From positions 1-55,287 of the forward strand of contig DAOUEB010000048.1 of NCBI GenBank assembly GCA_034430675.1: a stretch of 55,287 bases of DNA, written 5' to 3'. The DNA comes from Dehalococcoidales bacterium (GTDB lineage: Bacteria; Chloroflexota; Dehalococcoidia; Dehalococcoidales; RBG-16-60-22). Position 1 is the first letter of the stretch. The number at the start of each line of letters is the position of its first letter. This document shows positions 35,864-44,247 of the stretch, in pieces. Made by a program: the position numbers and the translations under genes. The notes beneath the pieces were generated by a model that saw only the letters and a list, made by a program, of their open reading frames with translations, was not told the origin of the DNA and did no database searches.

Positions 35864-37252
35864 ATGGCGAACGAAACGGTCACCGCACAGTTGAATCGCC
35901 TTGACCCGGAAAGGCTCAGGGGCTATAAAGAGCTACTCGATTTCTATAACGGCCATCAGTGGGAAGGGAGAGAGAGGCGGGGCGAGCGGCGCCTGATTTT
36001 CAACTATGCCAGAGTCTTCGTGGAGAAAATAACATCGTACTTAATGACCGGCATAAGCTTCGCCGTCGACCCCTTTGAGGATTCGGACGAGGCGAGAGCC
36101 AGGGCGAGGAAGGCAGAGGCAGCCCTCTACAAGGTCTACGCGGACAATCAACTGGAGCAGCTCGACCTGGAGACGGAAATCGACTGCGCGGTGCTGGGTG
36201 ACGGCTGCTATAAGGTTACCTGGGACGCCGCCGAGAAAAGGGTCAGGGTGACGGCGCCGGACGTCCAGGGAATATATGCGTGGTGCTCGGGGGACGATGT
36301 CTCCCGGGTGTGGCGGGTGGCTTCCCGGTACCGGCTCTCCGCCGAGGAGGTCGAGCTTATCTACGGGGTAAAACCTCAGAAAAAGACGGCTATTATCGTT
36401 GAGCTGTGGACGGACAGGGATTTCGAGCTGTACCTGGACAATGCCTTAATTGAGGCCAAGCCCAATCCCTACGGTTTTATCCCGTTCATCGTCTTTCCCA
36501 ACCTGCGCGAGCCCAAGAAGTTCTGGGGGGTCTCCGACCTGCCGCAGATAATGGAGTCGCAGCGGGAGCTTAACCGCGCCATGAGCCAGCTATCGCGGAT
36601 ACTGGAGCTATCCGGGAACCCTATCGCCGTGCTGGAGAACGTGGAGGAGTCCGAGGACATCGCCATCAGGCCGGGGGCGGTGTGGAACATCCCGGAAGAC
36701 GCCAAGGCCTACCTGCTCGACCTGCTTCAGGGGGGCGGCGTCAACTTGCATATTAATTATATCGACCTGATATACCGGGCTTTGCACGACCTGTCCGAAT
36801 CGCCGAGGTCGGCTTTCGGGGGCATCGAGAGGGACATGTCCGGCGTGGCTCTGGAGATAGAGCTGCAACCGCTTTTACAGAAGGTCAGGCGGAAGAGGAT
36901 TATCCGGACGGCCGCATATAGTCGGCGCAACGAGATGATTCTCAAGCTGCTGACCCAGTACCGGGGCGAGGACTTCGGGGACAACCAGCTGCGGGTGGTG
37001 TGGGGGCCGGTACTGCCCAAGGACATGGAGAGAAAGGTGAGCAGCGAACAGGTCATGGTGCAGACGGGAATACACTCCCGGAGGACGGCCATGGACGAGG
37101 TCGGCGTGCGTGACCCCGACTACGAGTTCGAGCGGTGGCTGGAAGAAAGGGAGTCCATTCTCAAGATGAATAAAGAGCTTAATGCCAAATCCAGCAGGGG
37201 TGGAGCGAGAGAGGGAGATGTGCCGCCCCGGGCGGAAGGCGTTGAGGAGTAA
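35864..37252 (+). CDS. Phage portal protein (SPP1 gp6-like)
   Basis: YNGHQW, the NYARVFVEKITSYL segment, and its size and position before the scaffold and capsid genes. Confidence 0.8.
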   Translation: MANETVTAQLNRLDPERLRGYKELLDFYNGHQWEGRERRGERRLIFNYARVFVEKITSYLMTGISFAVDPFEDSDEARARARKAEAALYKVYADNQLEQLDLETEIDCAVLGDGCYKVTWDAAEKRVRVTAPDVQGIYAWCSGDDVSRVWRVASRYRLSAEEVELIYGVKPQKKTAIIVELWTDRDFELYLDNALIEAKPNPYGFIPFIVFPNLREPKKFWGVSDLPQIMESQRELNRAMSQLSRILELSGNPIAVLENVEESEDIAIRPGAVWNIPEDAKAYLLDLLQGGGVNLHINYIDLIYRALHDLSESPRSAFGGIERDMSGVALEIELQPLLQKVRRKRIIRTAAYSRRNEMILKLLTQYRGEDFGDNQLRVVWGPVLPKDMERKVSSEQVMVQTGIHSRRTAMDEVGVRDPDYEFERWLEERESILKMNKELNAKSSRGGAREGDVPPRAEGVEE

Positions 37253-37261
37253 TCAGGAGGA

Positions 37262-37759
37262 ATGATGGTTACGGAAAAAGAACAGGAAAAGACCGAAGAG
37301 TTAGAGGCGGACGTGGATGAGCTTGATAAGCTCAAGCAGGAGAACGAATCGCTTACCCGTGAGCTTGAGTCCCGCGACGCAACCATTATAAGGCTGGAGC
37401 AGGCGCTGGTGACGAAAGACAGCGAAATAACCGCGTTAAAGCAGTCGCTGGACGATACGGAGCAGTCGCTGGACGAGCTCGGCAAGGCCTTACCGCAGGC
37501 GGTAGCCGCCTATAAGGAAATCGTGGTGCAGGCGAACCCCGGCATCCTGACTGAGCTGATAGCCGGGGATTCCATCGAGGAAGTGAACGAATCGCTGAAG
37601 AACGCCCGGGCGCTCATGGAAAGAGTCAGACAGGAAATGGAAGCGGAAGCGGCGAAAACGAGAGTGCCTGCCGGCGCCCCGCAGAGGGCGCCATTAGACC
37701 TGTCGTCGCTCTCGGCCCGGGAGAAAATTCAATACGCAATAGGAGGTTCTTCGTCCTGA
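37262..37759 (+). CDS. Phage scaffolding protein
   Basis: Acidic coiled-coil protein of 165 aa between the portal and major capsid genes. Confidence 0.6.
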   Translation: MMVTEKEQEKTEELEADVDELDKLKQENESLTRELESRDATIIRLEQALVTKDSEITALKQSLDDTEQSLDELGKALPQAVAAYKEIVVQANPGILTELIAGDSIEEVNESLKNARALMERVRQEMEAEAAKTRVPAGAPQRAPLDLSSLSAREKIQYAIGGSSS

Positions 37760-37787
37760 TGCGTAAGAGCAGGCTACTCCCTCCCGG

Positions 37788-37915
37788 CTGGATTCTGGCC
37801 TGCGCCGGAATGACAGGTGAGTGAGAGAAGGGGGGGCGGATTGCTTCGCGGAGTTTATCCTGAGCGTAGCGTGAGGACTCGCAATGACAGGGGGAAAGCG
37901 TTCCCCGGAATGACA
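37788..37915. repeat. Cluster of family-B (ctggattc..gc..ggaatgaca) and family-A repeat units between the scaffold and capsid genes
   Basis: B unit at 37788-37815. A unit with an insert at 37838-37889. ccggaatgaca again at 37905-37915. Confidence 0.8.
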
Positions 37916-37961
37916 GATACAAACAAAACAGGAATTTTAAAAGAGGGAGGAGAAAAATAAA

Positions 37962-38882
37962 ATGGCAATGACTTTAGAAGAGGCAGCCAAGCTATCCAAC
38001 GATATGCTGCTGCAGGGGGTGGTGGAGACCATCGTCAAAGACTCGCCGGTGCTCCAGAGCCTGCCCTTTATCGAAATCGTGGGTAACGGCCTGACCTATA
38101 ACCAGGAAAAGACCCTGCCCAGCATCGACTTTTACGATGTCGGTGATACCTGGGCGGAATCGACGCCTACCTTCGAGCAAATTACCGCCAACCTGAAAAT
38201 CATGGGCGGTGACGCCGACGTGGACAACTTTCTTAAGTCCACCCGCAGCAATATCCAGGACCTGGAAGCGGCGGTAATCGAGCTGAAGGCCAAGGCACTC
38301 AAGGACAAGTTCGAAGAGATGTTTATCTACGGGGATTCCGACACCAATGCCAAGCAGTTCGACGGCTTGAGGAAACTCATCGATACCGAGTCGGCCAGCG
38401 ACCGGGTAGTGGCAATGGGGGCTACCGGCGCCACGCTGACCCTGGCCAAGCTCGACGAGCTTATCGACGCCGTCAAGGGCGGCAAGCCCGATATGCTGCT
38501 GATGAGTCGCCGTTCCAGGAGAAAAATCAATGTCCTGGTCAGGGCGGCCGGCGGCATGACCGAGACCGAACGGGACAAGTGGGGCAACTTCGTGCAGCTC
38601 TGGGACGGTGTGCCTATCGGCGTTAATGACTGGATACTGGATACCCACACCGTAGTTTCAAGCCTGGAAACAGGCACTACCGGGGGCACCTGCTCCACCA
38701 TCTACGCCGTGCAGTTCGGGGAGGGGGCCCTCTGCGGGCTGACCAGCCCGGGGCACCTGCAGGCCGAGCCGGTAGGGCCGCTGGAGAACAAGGATGCCTC
38801 GCGGACCAGGGTCAAGTGGTATGTATCTCTGGCGCTGTTTTCGTCCGTCAAGGCGGCGACATTAATCGGCGTCAAGGACTAA
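37962..38882 (+). CDS. Phage major capsid protein (HK97-fold type that uses a separate scaffold)
   Basis: 306 aa directly after the scaffold gene. The overall pattern (N-terminal LTLEEAAKLSND, FDGLRKLI, LTLAKLDELIDAV..GKPDMLLMS) is typical of major capsid families. Confidence 0.7.
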   Translation: MAMTLEEAAKLSNDMLLQGVVETIVKDSPVLQSLPFIEIVGNGLTYNQEKTLPSIDFYDVGDTWAESTPTFEQITANLKIMGGDADVDNFLKSTRSNIQDLEAAVIELKAKALKDKFEEMFIYGDSDTNAKQFDGLRKLIDTESASDRVVAMGATGATLTLAKLDELIDAVKGGKPDMLLMSRRSRRKINVLVRAAGGMTETERDKWGNFVQLWDGVPIGVNDWILDTHTVVSSLETGTTGGTCSTIYAVQFGEGALCGLTSPGHLQAEPVGPLENKDASRTRVKWYVSLALFSSVKAATLIGVKD

Positions 38883-38903
38883 AACTTTACATAAAGATAG
38901 ACA

Positions 38904-38925
38904 GGGGGAGGGAACTCCCTCCCCC
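38904..38925 (+). terminator. Perfect 9-bp GC hairpin (gggggaggg-aact-ccctccccc) 22 nt after the capsid stop
   Basis: Exact complementarity. There is no U-tract. It could attenuate read-through into the downstream genes. Confidence 0.35.
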
Positions 38926-38942
38926 TTACGGGAGGAAAAATT

Positions 38943-39407
38943 ATGGTACTGGCAGTAGTAGAACATATCGAGCACCCCTTCGCCAGGGGCAGCCTGACGG
39001 CGGACGGAGTGCAGTGGAGCGCCGAGCATACGACGACCACCGACGATTACGAGGAAGTCGAGAGCGTGACGATTAAGCCCCCGGCGCTGGGCGAAGTGCT
39101 GGAGTACGAGTTCGGGCTTACCTGCGCGGTAAAGTCGAGCGGTGCTACCGAATCCGTCCTTCTCAAGTGGCAGGCGCGCAACCAGGGTGGCACCTGGGTT
39201 GACCTTCATGACGAGGTAACCTATGCGGCTAACGCCTCTACTTACAGAGAATACACCTACAGCGGGCGCTTCAAACCGGTGGCCAACTTCGATGCGGTGC
39301 CTTTTGAAGTCCGGCTGATGGTTAAGTCGGGTGGCGCCGGAGGAGAAACCGCCACCGGCAAGACCAAGAGCTCAAGCTATGTCAAGGTAGTCTATTCGGC
39401 TTCGTGA
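38943..39407 (+). CDS. Hypothetical phage structural protein (beta-rich)
   Basis: GGGAGG RBS. Position within the structural operon. No recognisable motif. Confidence 0.45.
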   Translation: MVLAVVEHIEHPFARGSLTADGVQWSAEHTTTTDDYEEVESVTIKPPALGEVLEYEFGLTCAVKSSGATESVLLKWQARNQGGTWVDLHDEVTYAANASTYREYTYSGRFKPVANFDAVPFEVRLMVKSGGAGGETATGKTKSSSYVKVVYSAS

Positions 39408-40054
39408 GGTGTGTTGTGAAGTTTATATTTGACCCCAGTCTGGTGCTTTATCTGCCATTATATGAACAGGATGGCAGTTCCCTCTTGTCCAGGGACGCCT
39501 ACGGACATGTATGCACTGTAACGGGTGCTTTGTGGCGACCTGGCGGCAGGTACTTTGATGGCGTGGATGACAGGATTTATTGTGGGGATTCGGCAATACT
39601 TGACCTGGTTTCTGCGTTCACGCTGGAAATATGGGTTAAGACGACTGACACAGAAGGAGTGCTCCTAGCAAAGAGAACGACCCAAAGTGATTGGCCATTT
39701 GTATTCTACGTTGGTGCTTCGGTGACTCCTGCTCTCTATGCTGACGATGGTAGTGCAGATAGCGTTAGTTCTACATCAACGCTATCTGATGTTATGACGC
39801 ATGTGGTTGTAACCAGGGATGAAACTACCATTAACTTTTTCTTTAATGGTCAAGCGGATGCGGGCAACCCGCAAACACTGAAGAAGGGAAGCTCGGATGC
39901 CGATGCCAAATTTGCTATTGGGGCACAGTGGGTTGTTAATACTTGGAACAATCCTCTAATAGGGAATATCGGTGAAGCTCGCATTTACAGCCGTGTCCTA
40001 ACCCCACAGGAAATCCAACACAACTATCTGGCAACTAAATGGAGGTATCAATGA
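39404..40054 (+). CDS. LamG / concanavalin-A-like lectin domain protein
   Basis: The pattern FDGVDDRIYCGDS ... FTLEIWVKT ... ARIYSRVLTPQEIQHNY matches Laminin_G_3. Confidence 0.65.
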   Translation: MRCVVKFIFDPSLVLYLPLYEQDGSSLLSRDAYGHVCTVTGALWRPGGRYFDGVDDRIYCGDSAILDLVSAFTLEIWVKTTDTEGVLLAKRTTQSDWPFVFYVGASVTPALYADDGSADSVSSTSTLSDVMTHVVVTRDETTINFFFNGQADAGNPQTLKKGSSDADAKFAIGAQWVVNTWNNPLIGNIGEARIYSRVLTPQEIQHNYLATKWRYQ

Positions 40055-40263
40055 AGTACAGAGTGAGAGTGGACCTGAGCTTTGACAGCGAGGCCGATGC
40101 CCGGTCATTGATGGATTATGCCAGGACTTTAAGCGGCAAGGCGGTCAGCATCAACGAGAGCGAGCCCAATGAGGAGATAGCCTTCTGCGACCTGGAACTC
40201 TGCGGCCACGACGAAGGGCTGCCCTGCACCAAACTGGACAGGGTGGAAGTAAGAAAGCTATAA
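40051..40263 (+). CDS. Small hypothetical protein (70 aa)
   Basis: ATGA overlap with the LamG stop. No family recognised. Confidence 0.4.
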   Translation: MKYRVRVDLSFDSEADARSLMDYARTLSGKAVSINESEPNEEIAFCDLELCGHDEGLPCTKLDRVEVRKL

Positions 40264-40275
40264 GGAGTGGTAACT

Positions 40276-40908
40276 ATGAATCTGACTGATATGAGAGCCA
40301 TAGTCAGGCGTGACCTGCATGACGAGGACGCCGGTAACTATCGCTGGACAGACGATGAGATTAGCCGGCACATCGCTCACGCCGTTAAGGAGTTCTCCGA
40401 GCGGATACCTTATGAGCAGAAGGCGACCAAAGCCACGACATCGGCCTCGAGGGAGCTGGATATATCTACCGTAACCGACAGGGTTGTGGTGGAGGCCGTG
40501 GAGTACCCGGTAGACAGGTTCCCCAAAAGATACCAGCCTTTTTCGCTGTGGGGCGATACGCTGACTGTCCTCGGGGATGAGGTGCCGGACGGCTCCGATG
40601 CTTACATATACTATGGTAAGCTCCATACCCTCGATGCCGGCGGTTCCACCATACCCGCGCCGTATGAAGACCTGATTGCGGTCGGTGCCGGCGGCTTCGC
40701 CGCGATAGAGTGGGCGGTCTATGCGGTCAACCGGGTCAATGTCGGCGGGACGGTAACGCCGAAGGAGTTTCTCGACTGGGGTAACCGGAAGCTGAAGTAT
40801 TTCCGGCAGGAACTGAGGAGGCTGGGACGAAGAAACCGTGTCAGGACCAGCACTCTCTACCGTCCGTACTATCCAATCGTTTCGAAAACAACCGATTACG
40901 GCCCATAA
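40276..40908 (+). CDS. Hypothetical phage protein, possibly a head-tail adaptor
   Basis: AAGGAG lies 10 nt upstream of ATG 40276. The N-terminal pattern LTDMRAIVRRDLHDED....WTDDEISRHIAHAV resembles head-tail connector proteins. This is a weak call. Confidence 0.35.
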   Translation: MNLTDMRAIVRRDLHDEDAGNYRWTDDEISRHIAHAVKEFSERIPYEQKATKATTSASRELDISTVTDRVVVEAVEYPVDRFPKRYQPFSLWGDTLTVLGDEVPDGSDAYIYYGKLHTLDAGGSTIPAPYEDLIAVGAGGFAAIEWAVYAVNRVNVGGTVTPKEFLDWGNRKLKYFRQELRRLGRRNRVRTSTLYRPYYPIVSKTTDYGP

Positions 40909-40933
40909 TCGACCGGGGCACTGGAGTAAAGCG

Positions 40934-42937
40934 ATGCGCGAGTTAACATCAACGCTATTGGCCGCCCCGAAGCAGGAGGCGGCGATTCCTTACGTCAAAA
41001 TTGAGGCCGTCAACAAAATAGCCGGGGTGGTCAGACAGGACTGGTCCAGGCTGTACGATGGCTCCGAGGAGGACTACTTCCATGCCGTGACCATGCCCGG
41101 CGACGGCTCTCTTATCAGGGCCAGGATAACCCTGCCCGCCGATTCCCGGAAGCTGTACCGGCAGAGGGTGGGCAGTCCCGGCCCGGGGAGCGATTTCAGC
41201 CAGTGGACCTACACCGGCCAGTACAATGCCATCGTGGTGGTGGCGGCTTCACTGGGGACAGAGGTCTCCATCTTCTGGATTAAGTCCAACCGGGAAATCA
41301 GACGCATCAAGAGCACGGACTACGGTGTTAGCTGGGGCAGCCCCGAGCTTATCGACTACACGCCGACCACTGCTATCTACGGCCTGGCGGCGGCCTATAA
41401 GCCCGGCGGCGACCTGGCCATCTTCTTCGCCGACCAATCGACCCTCTACGTCAAGAAGAATATCAGCGGCCAGTGGCAGACAAAGGCGGCCTGGGACAGG
41501 GCCACCGGGGATTTATCCGGGGTTGCCTGTGTCTATGACGGCGACTGGAACCTGCTAATTACCGGGAAAGACACGGCGGGGAACTACAAGCTGTGGAGTC
41601 TGGTTTATGGAGATGGCGGCGATGTCGCCGCCGGGACATGGTCGGCGCTGAAAGAGCTTGCCTCGGCGCCGTCGGGTGGGGATTTCGAGTACCGCCAGCC
41701 CTTTCTGGGTAAACCGGATGTCTACCGCTGTTTCTTTGTCGAAAAATTCGCCGGCACCGCAGCCTATAATCGTCCCTTCCGGTCGCATTCCATACCCGGC
41801 ACGGATTTCATCAACGGGCTGTGGCGGGAGCCTGCGCCGTTCAATTTATCCTCGGAATACGGCCTGGCCATGGCGCACCACGGCGATTACGGCTGGCTCT
41901 CTTGTCCCGACGGCGTCTGGAGGGCACCGCTGGCTGCCCAGAGCCTCGACCTGACGGCGGATGTTGTCGGCGTCAGGCAGGAAGCCGGTGAGACTTCAGG
42001 CGGTTTAACGGTGGAACTGAGGAACGACGACGGGAGGTATGCCGCGCCGGGGGAAGGCGACCTGGCCATCCTCGACATCGGCTGCCATCTGGAGTTTAGT
42101 CCCGGCTATGTTACCCTTTCTGGCAGCGAGTACAGCGCTGGCCAGAGCTTTTGTCTGGAGTCCTACGAACATACGAGCTCCGGTGGGAAAGCCAGCCTGA
42201 TTCTGCACGCCAGGGATGGGTGGGGGGCGCTTAACGACTGGAAGGCGCGGCACCAGTTCCGCTGGAACCGGACTTCCGATGATTTTAGCGTTAAAGAAAT
42301 TATAGCTTTGATTTTAGCCAGGGTAGGCCTGAAGCTCGAGGTGATATCGCAGTCGCCGGTGGTAACCGGCTTTTACCCCGATTTTACGGTAAGCCCGGAT
42401 AATAGCGGCCGGGCGGTGATACACAAGCTGCTGTCCTTTGTCCCCGATGTCATCTTCATCGAAGGTAACAAGGCTTATATCGTCAATCCGTTATCGTCGG
42501 ATAGCTCCGTTTACAGCTACGGCGGAGAGCACCGGCTCCGGGAGGGGAGATACCTGCGGGGAGCCCTGCGAATGAACCGGGTGCAGGTGGAGGGGTATGA
42601 TACGGTCGGCGGCAATTTGATTCTGGCCGACAGCTTTGACTGGGACGAGATAGACCGACTCTACGACCGGCTGGTCCAGGTTGAGGATAGGAATACGGGC
42701 ACCGTGGCGGAAGCCCAGCAACGGGGGCAGGCTTATTTAAGACAAGCTGAGATAGAAGCGGGCGGGGGTGCGATTGTCATCCCGGTGAACTGCGGACAGC
42801 AGCTCTACGACGTCGTTGATGTGACCGATGCGCGGGCGGGACTCGATGCGGAGAAGAAAAGGGTGCTGGGCCTCGTCCTGGTCTATAATCCCCAGCGGGG
42901 AGAGTACCGCCAGCGATTAAGCTTGGGGGCGGTGTAG
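40934..42937 (+). CDS. Large phage tail-tip/hub-like protein with a BNR (Asp-box) element and a gpD-like C-terminus
   Basis: I moved the start to ATG 40934, after GGAG. The Asp-box STDYGVSW is at 41312-41335. The C-terminal segment (GQQLYDVVDVTDARAGLD ... RVLGLVLVYNPQRGEYRQRLSLG) resembles late-control gpD/hub proteins. Confidence 0.5.
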   Translation: MRELTSTLLAAPKQEAAIPYVKIEAVNKIAGVVRQDWSRLYDGSEEDYFHAVTMPGDGSLIRARITLPADSRKLYRQRVGSPGPGSDFSQWTYTGQYNAIVVVAASLGTEVSIFWIKSNREIRRIKSTDYGVSWGSPELIDYTPTTAIYGLAAAYKPGGDLAIFFADQSTLYVKKNISGQWQTKAAWDRATGDLSGVACVYDGDWNLLITGKDTAGNYKLWSLVYGDGGDVAAGTWSALKELASAPSGGDFEYRQPFLGKPDVYRCFFVEKFAGTAAYNRPFRSHSIPGTDFINGLWREPAPFNLSSEYGLAMAHHGDYGWLSCPDGVWRAPLAAQSLDLTADVVGVRQEAGETSGGLTVELRNDDGRYAAPGEGDLAILDIGCHLEFSPGYVTLSGSEYSAGQSFCLESYEHTSSGGKASLILHARDGWGALNDWKARHQFRWNRTSDDFSVKEIIALILARVGLKLEVISQSPVVTGFYPDFTVSPDNSGRAVIHKLLSFVPDVIFIEGNKAYIVNPLSSDSSVYSYGGEHRLREGRYLRGALRMNRVQVEGYDTVGGNLILADSFDWDEIDRLYDRLVQVEDRNTGTVAEAQQRGQAYLRQAEIEAGGGAIVIPVNCGQQLYDVVDVTDARAGLDAEKKRVLGLVLVYNPQRGEYRQRLSLGAV

Positions 42938-42982
42938 GTAAGGTACGAAGGAGGCATTGGAGATGAGTATGTTACCCCTTTT

Positions 42983-43056
42983 TGTCATAGTCGGGCTTGA
43001 CCCGACTATCCAGACCTCCTTACCCCCTCTGGATTCCCGCCTTTGCGGGAATGACA
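42983..43056. repeat. Composite inverted repeat (tgtcatagtcgggcttgacccgactatccag ... ctggattcccgcctttgcgggaatgaca)
   Basis: Left arm at 42983-43013. Right arm, a family-B unit, at 43029-43056. The termini tgtcat and atgaca are complementary, and each arm holds its own small hairpin. Confidence 0.7.
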
Positions 43057-43095
43057 GTTTGGGTGTCTGATTTGTATTTTCGGAGGAATTCTATT

Positions 43096-43308
43096 ATGAA
43101 GTTGAGGAAAGGTGAGCTAAGGAGTTTCAACTCCGGTAACTATACGGCCACGGTTCGACTCGCCAGCAGCTATAAGGTCTATCTGGAAGATGTGGCTGTG
43201 GCCAGGAATATATCATCGGCGGAAATGATTACCGGACGCAGGGTGGCCGTGATATTCTTCGATGAGCACAGTCCCAGGGATGCGGTGGTCGTGGCTGTTT
43301 ATACCTAA
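43096..43308 (+). CDS. Small gpV/gp5 OB-fold-like spike protein (70 aa)
   Basis: GGAGGA RBS. TATVRLASSYKVYLEDVAVARN....ITGRRVAVIFFDEHSPRDAVVVAVY resembles the N-terminal OB domain of baseplate protein V. The longer track ORF only translates the upstream repeat. Confidence 0.4.
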   Translation: MKLRKGELRSFNSGNYTATVRLASSYKVYLEDVAVARNISSAEMITGRRVAVIFFDEHSPRDAVVVAVYT

Positions 43309-44231
43309 TGGGGCTTGCTGAGGATTTCATTGGGAGTGAGGGGGCGTTTCCGCGCGCAACCCGGTATTCCCTTTTGCAGGGCTCCGTGGAAAGGTTTTAC
43401 CGGTTCTTCAACCTCGGGTTCGGGTTCTGTTACCGGCGCCTCTATCTCTATAGCGGTTGCTCCCAGCCCGGCTCCCGGCTTGCCCATGTTCTCCACGAGT
43501 GTCATCAGGACGCGGTTCTGCTCGGCGGCGCCCTTCTTTAATTCTTGAGAGGCCTCGGAGAGGCCCTGGATAGCGCTGGTATGGCTGGACAGGTGCTGGG
43601 CATATTCCGCAATGGCGCCGGCAAACTTCTCCAGTGCCTGTTCCGTGGTGTTCATCTTTTGTTCCGTGGCTTCTATCTTGCTCGTCAGCGCCCGGCTGGA
43701 GCGTTTTTCCTCGTTAATGACAGGGGCAAAGATTCCCCGGTGTACCAGGTTGCCGCCGCGGGTTATCTCGCCGCCGTAGAGGAAGAAGGCAAGCAGGGCG
43801 AGGGCAATAATAGCGAATATCAGACCCTGCTGACTCTGGAAGAACAGCAGCGGGAGTCCGAGGAACGGTATCTGACTGCCAACCGTGCCCCTGATGTCCT
43901 GGGGGCTTATGGTAAAGGGGTCTTCGCCGGTATTATCGCCCTTGGTACGGAAACCGAGGATCGGAGTGGTATTAATTTTTATGACCCTGTGGGCGACCGT
44001 CGGGGGGTAGCTATAGTAGTCCCGGACCATGGGCGGGACATTGTATACGATGATATCGCCCACCTTGACATCCCGGGGTTCTACGGGCTCAATCATGAGC
44101 AGGCCGCCGGACTGAAGCGCCGGTTCCATACTGGAGCCGAAGATAGGCATAAACGGCAGTGTTCCTCTTACGGAGAGGAAAGCTATTATACAGGCTATTA
44201 CTGCGAATGTTAGTCCTATGGCGCGTTTCAT
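43305..44231 (-). CDS. ER/archaeal-type signal peptidase I (SipW-like, S26B) with a long C-terminal coiled-coil extension
   Basis: GSSMEP (Ser nucleophile), VAHRV (His general base, not Lys), TKGDNTGEDP, and a second TM helix followed by a ~160-aa helical tail. Confidence 0.75.
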   Translation of the reverse strand: MKRAIGLTFAVIACIIAFLSVRGTLPFMPIFGSSMEPALQSGGLLMIEPVEPRDVKVGDIIVYNVPPMVRDYYSYPPTVAHRVIKINTTPILGFRTKGDNTGEDPFTISPQDIRGTVGSQIPFLGLPLLFFQSQQGLIFAIIALALLAFFLYGGEITRGGNLVHRGIFAPVINEEKRSSRALTSKIEATEQKMNTTEQALEKFAGAIAEYAQHLSSHTSAIQGLSEASQELKKGAAEQNRVLMTLVENMGKPGAGLGATAIEIEAPVTEPEPEVEEPVKPFHGALQKGIPGCARKRPLTPNEILSKPH

Positions 44232-44247
44232 GATACTATCCTATGCC

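Noticed and set aside
42997-43095. The N-terminal extension of the 103-aa ORF (MTRLSRPPYPLWIPAFAGMT...), and similar 5' extensions at 40838, 48076, 53264, 30457, 16569 and 14613.
   Set aside because: The extensions translate repeat elements or overlap upstream genes. Internal ATG or TTG starts with good Shine-Dalgarno sequences give proteins that begin where the family domain begins.
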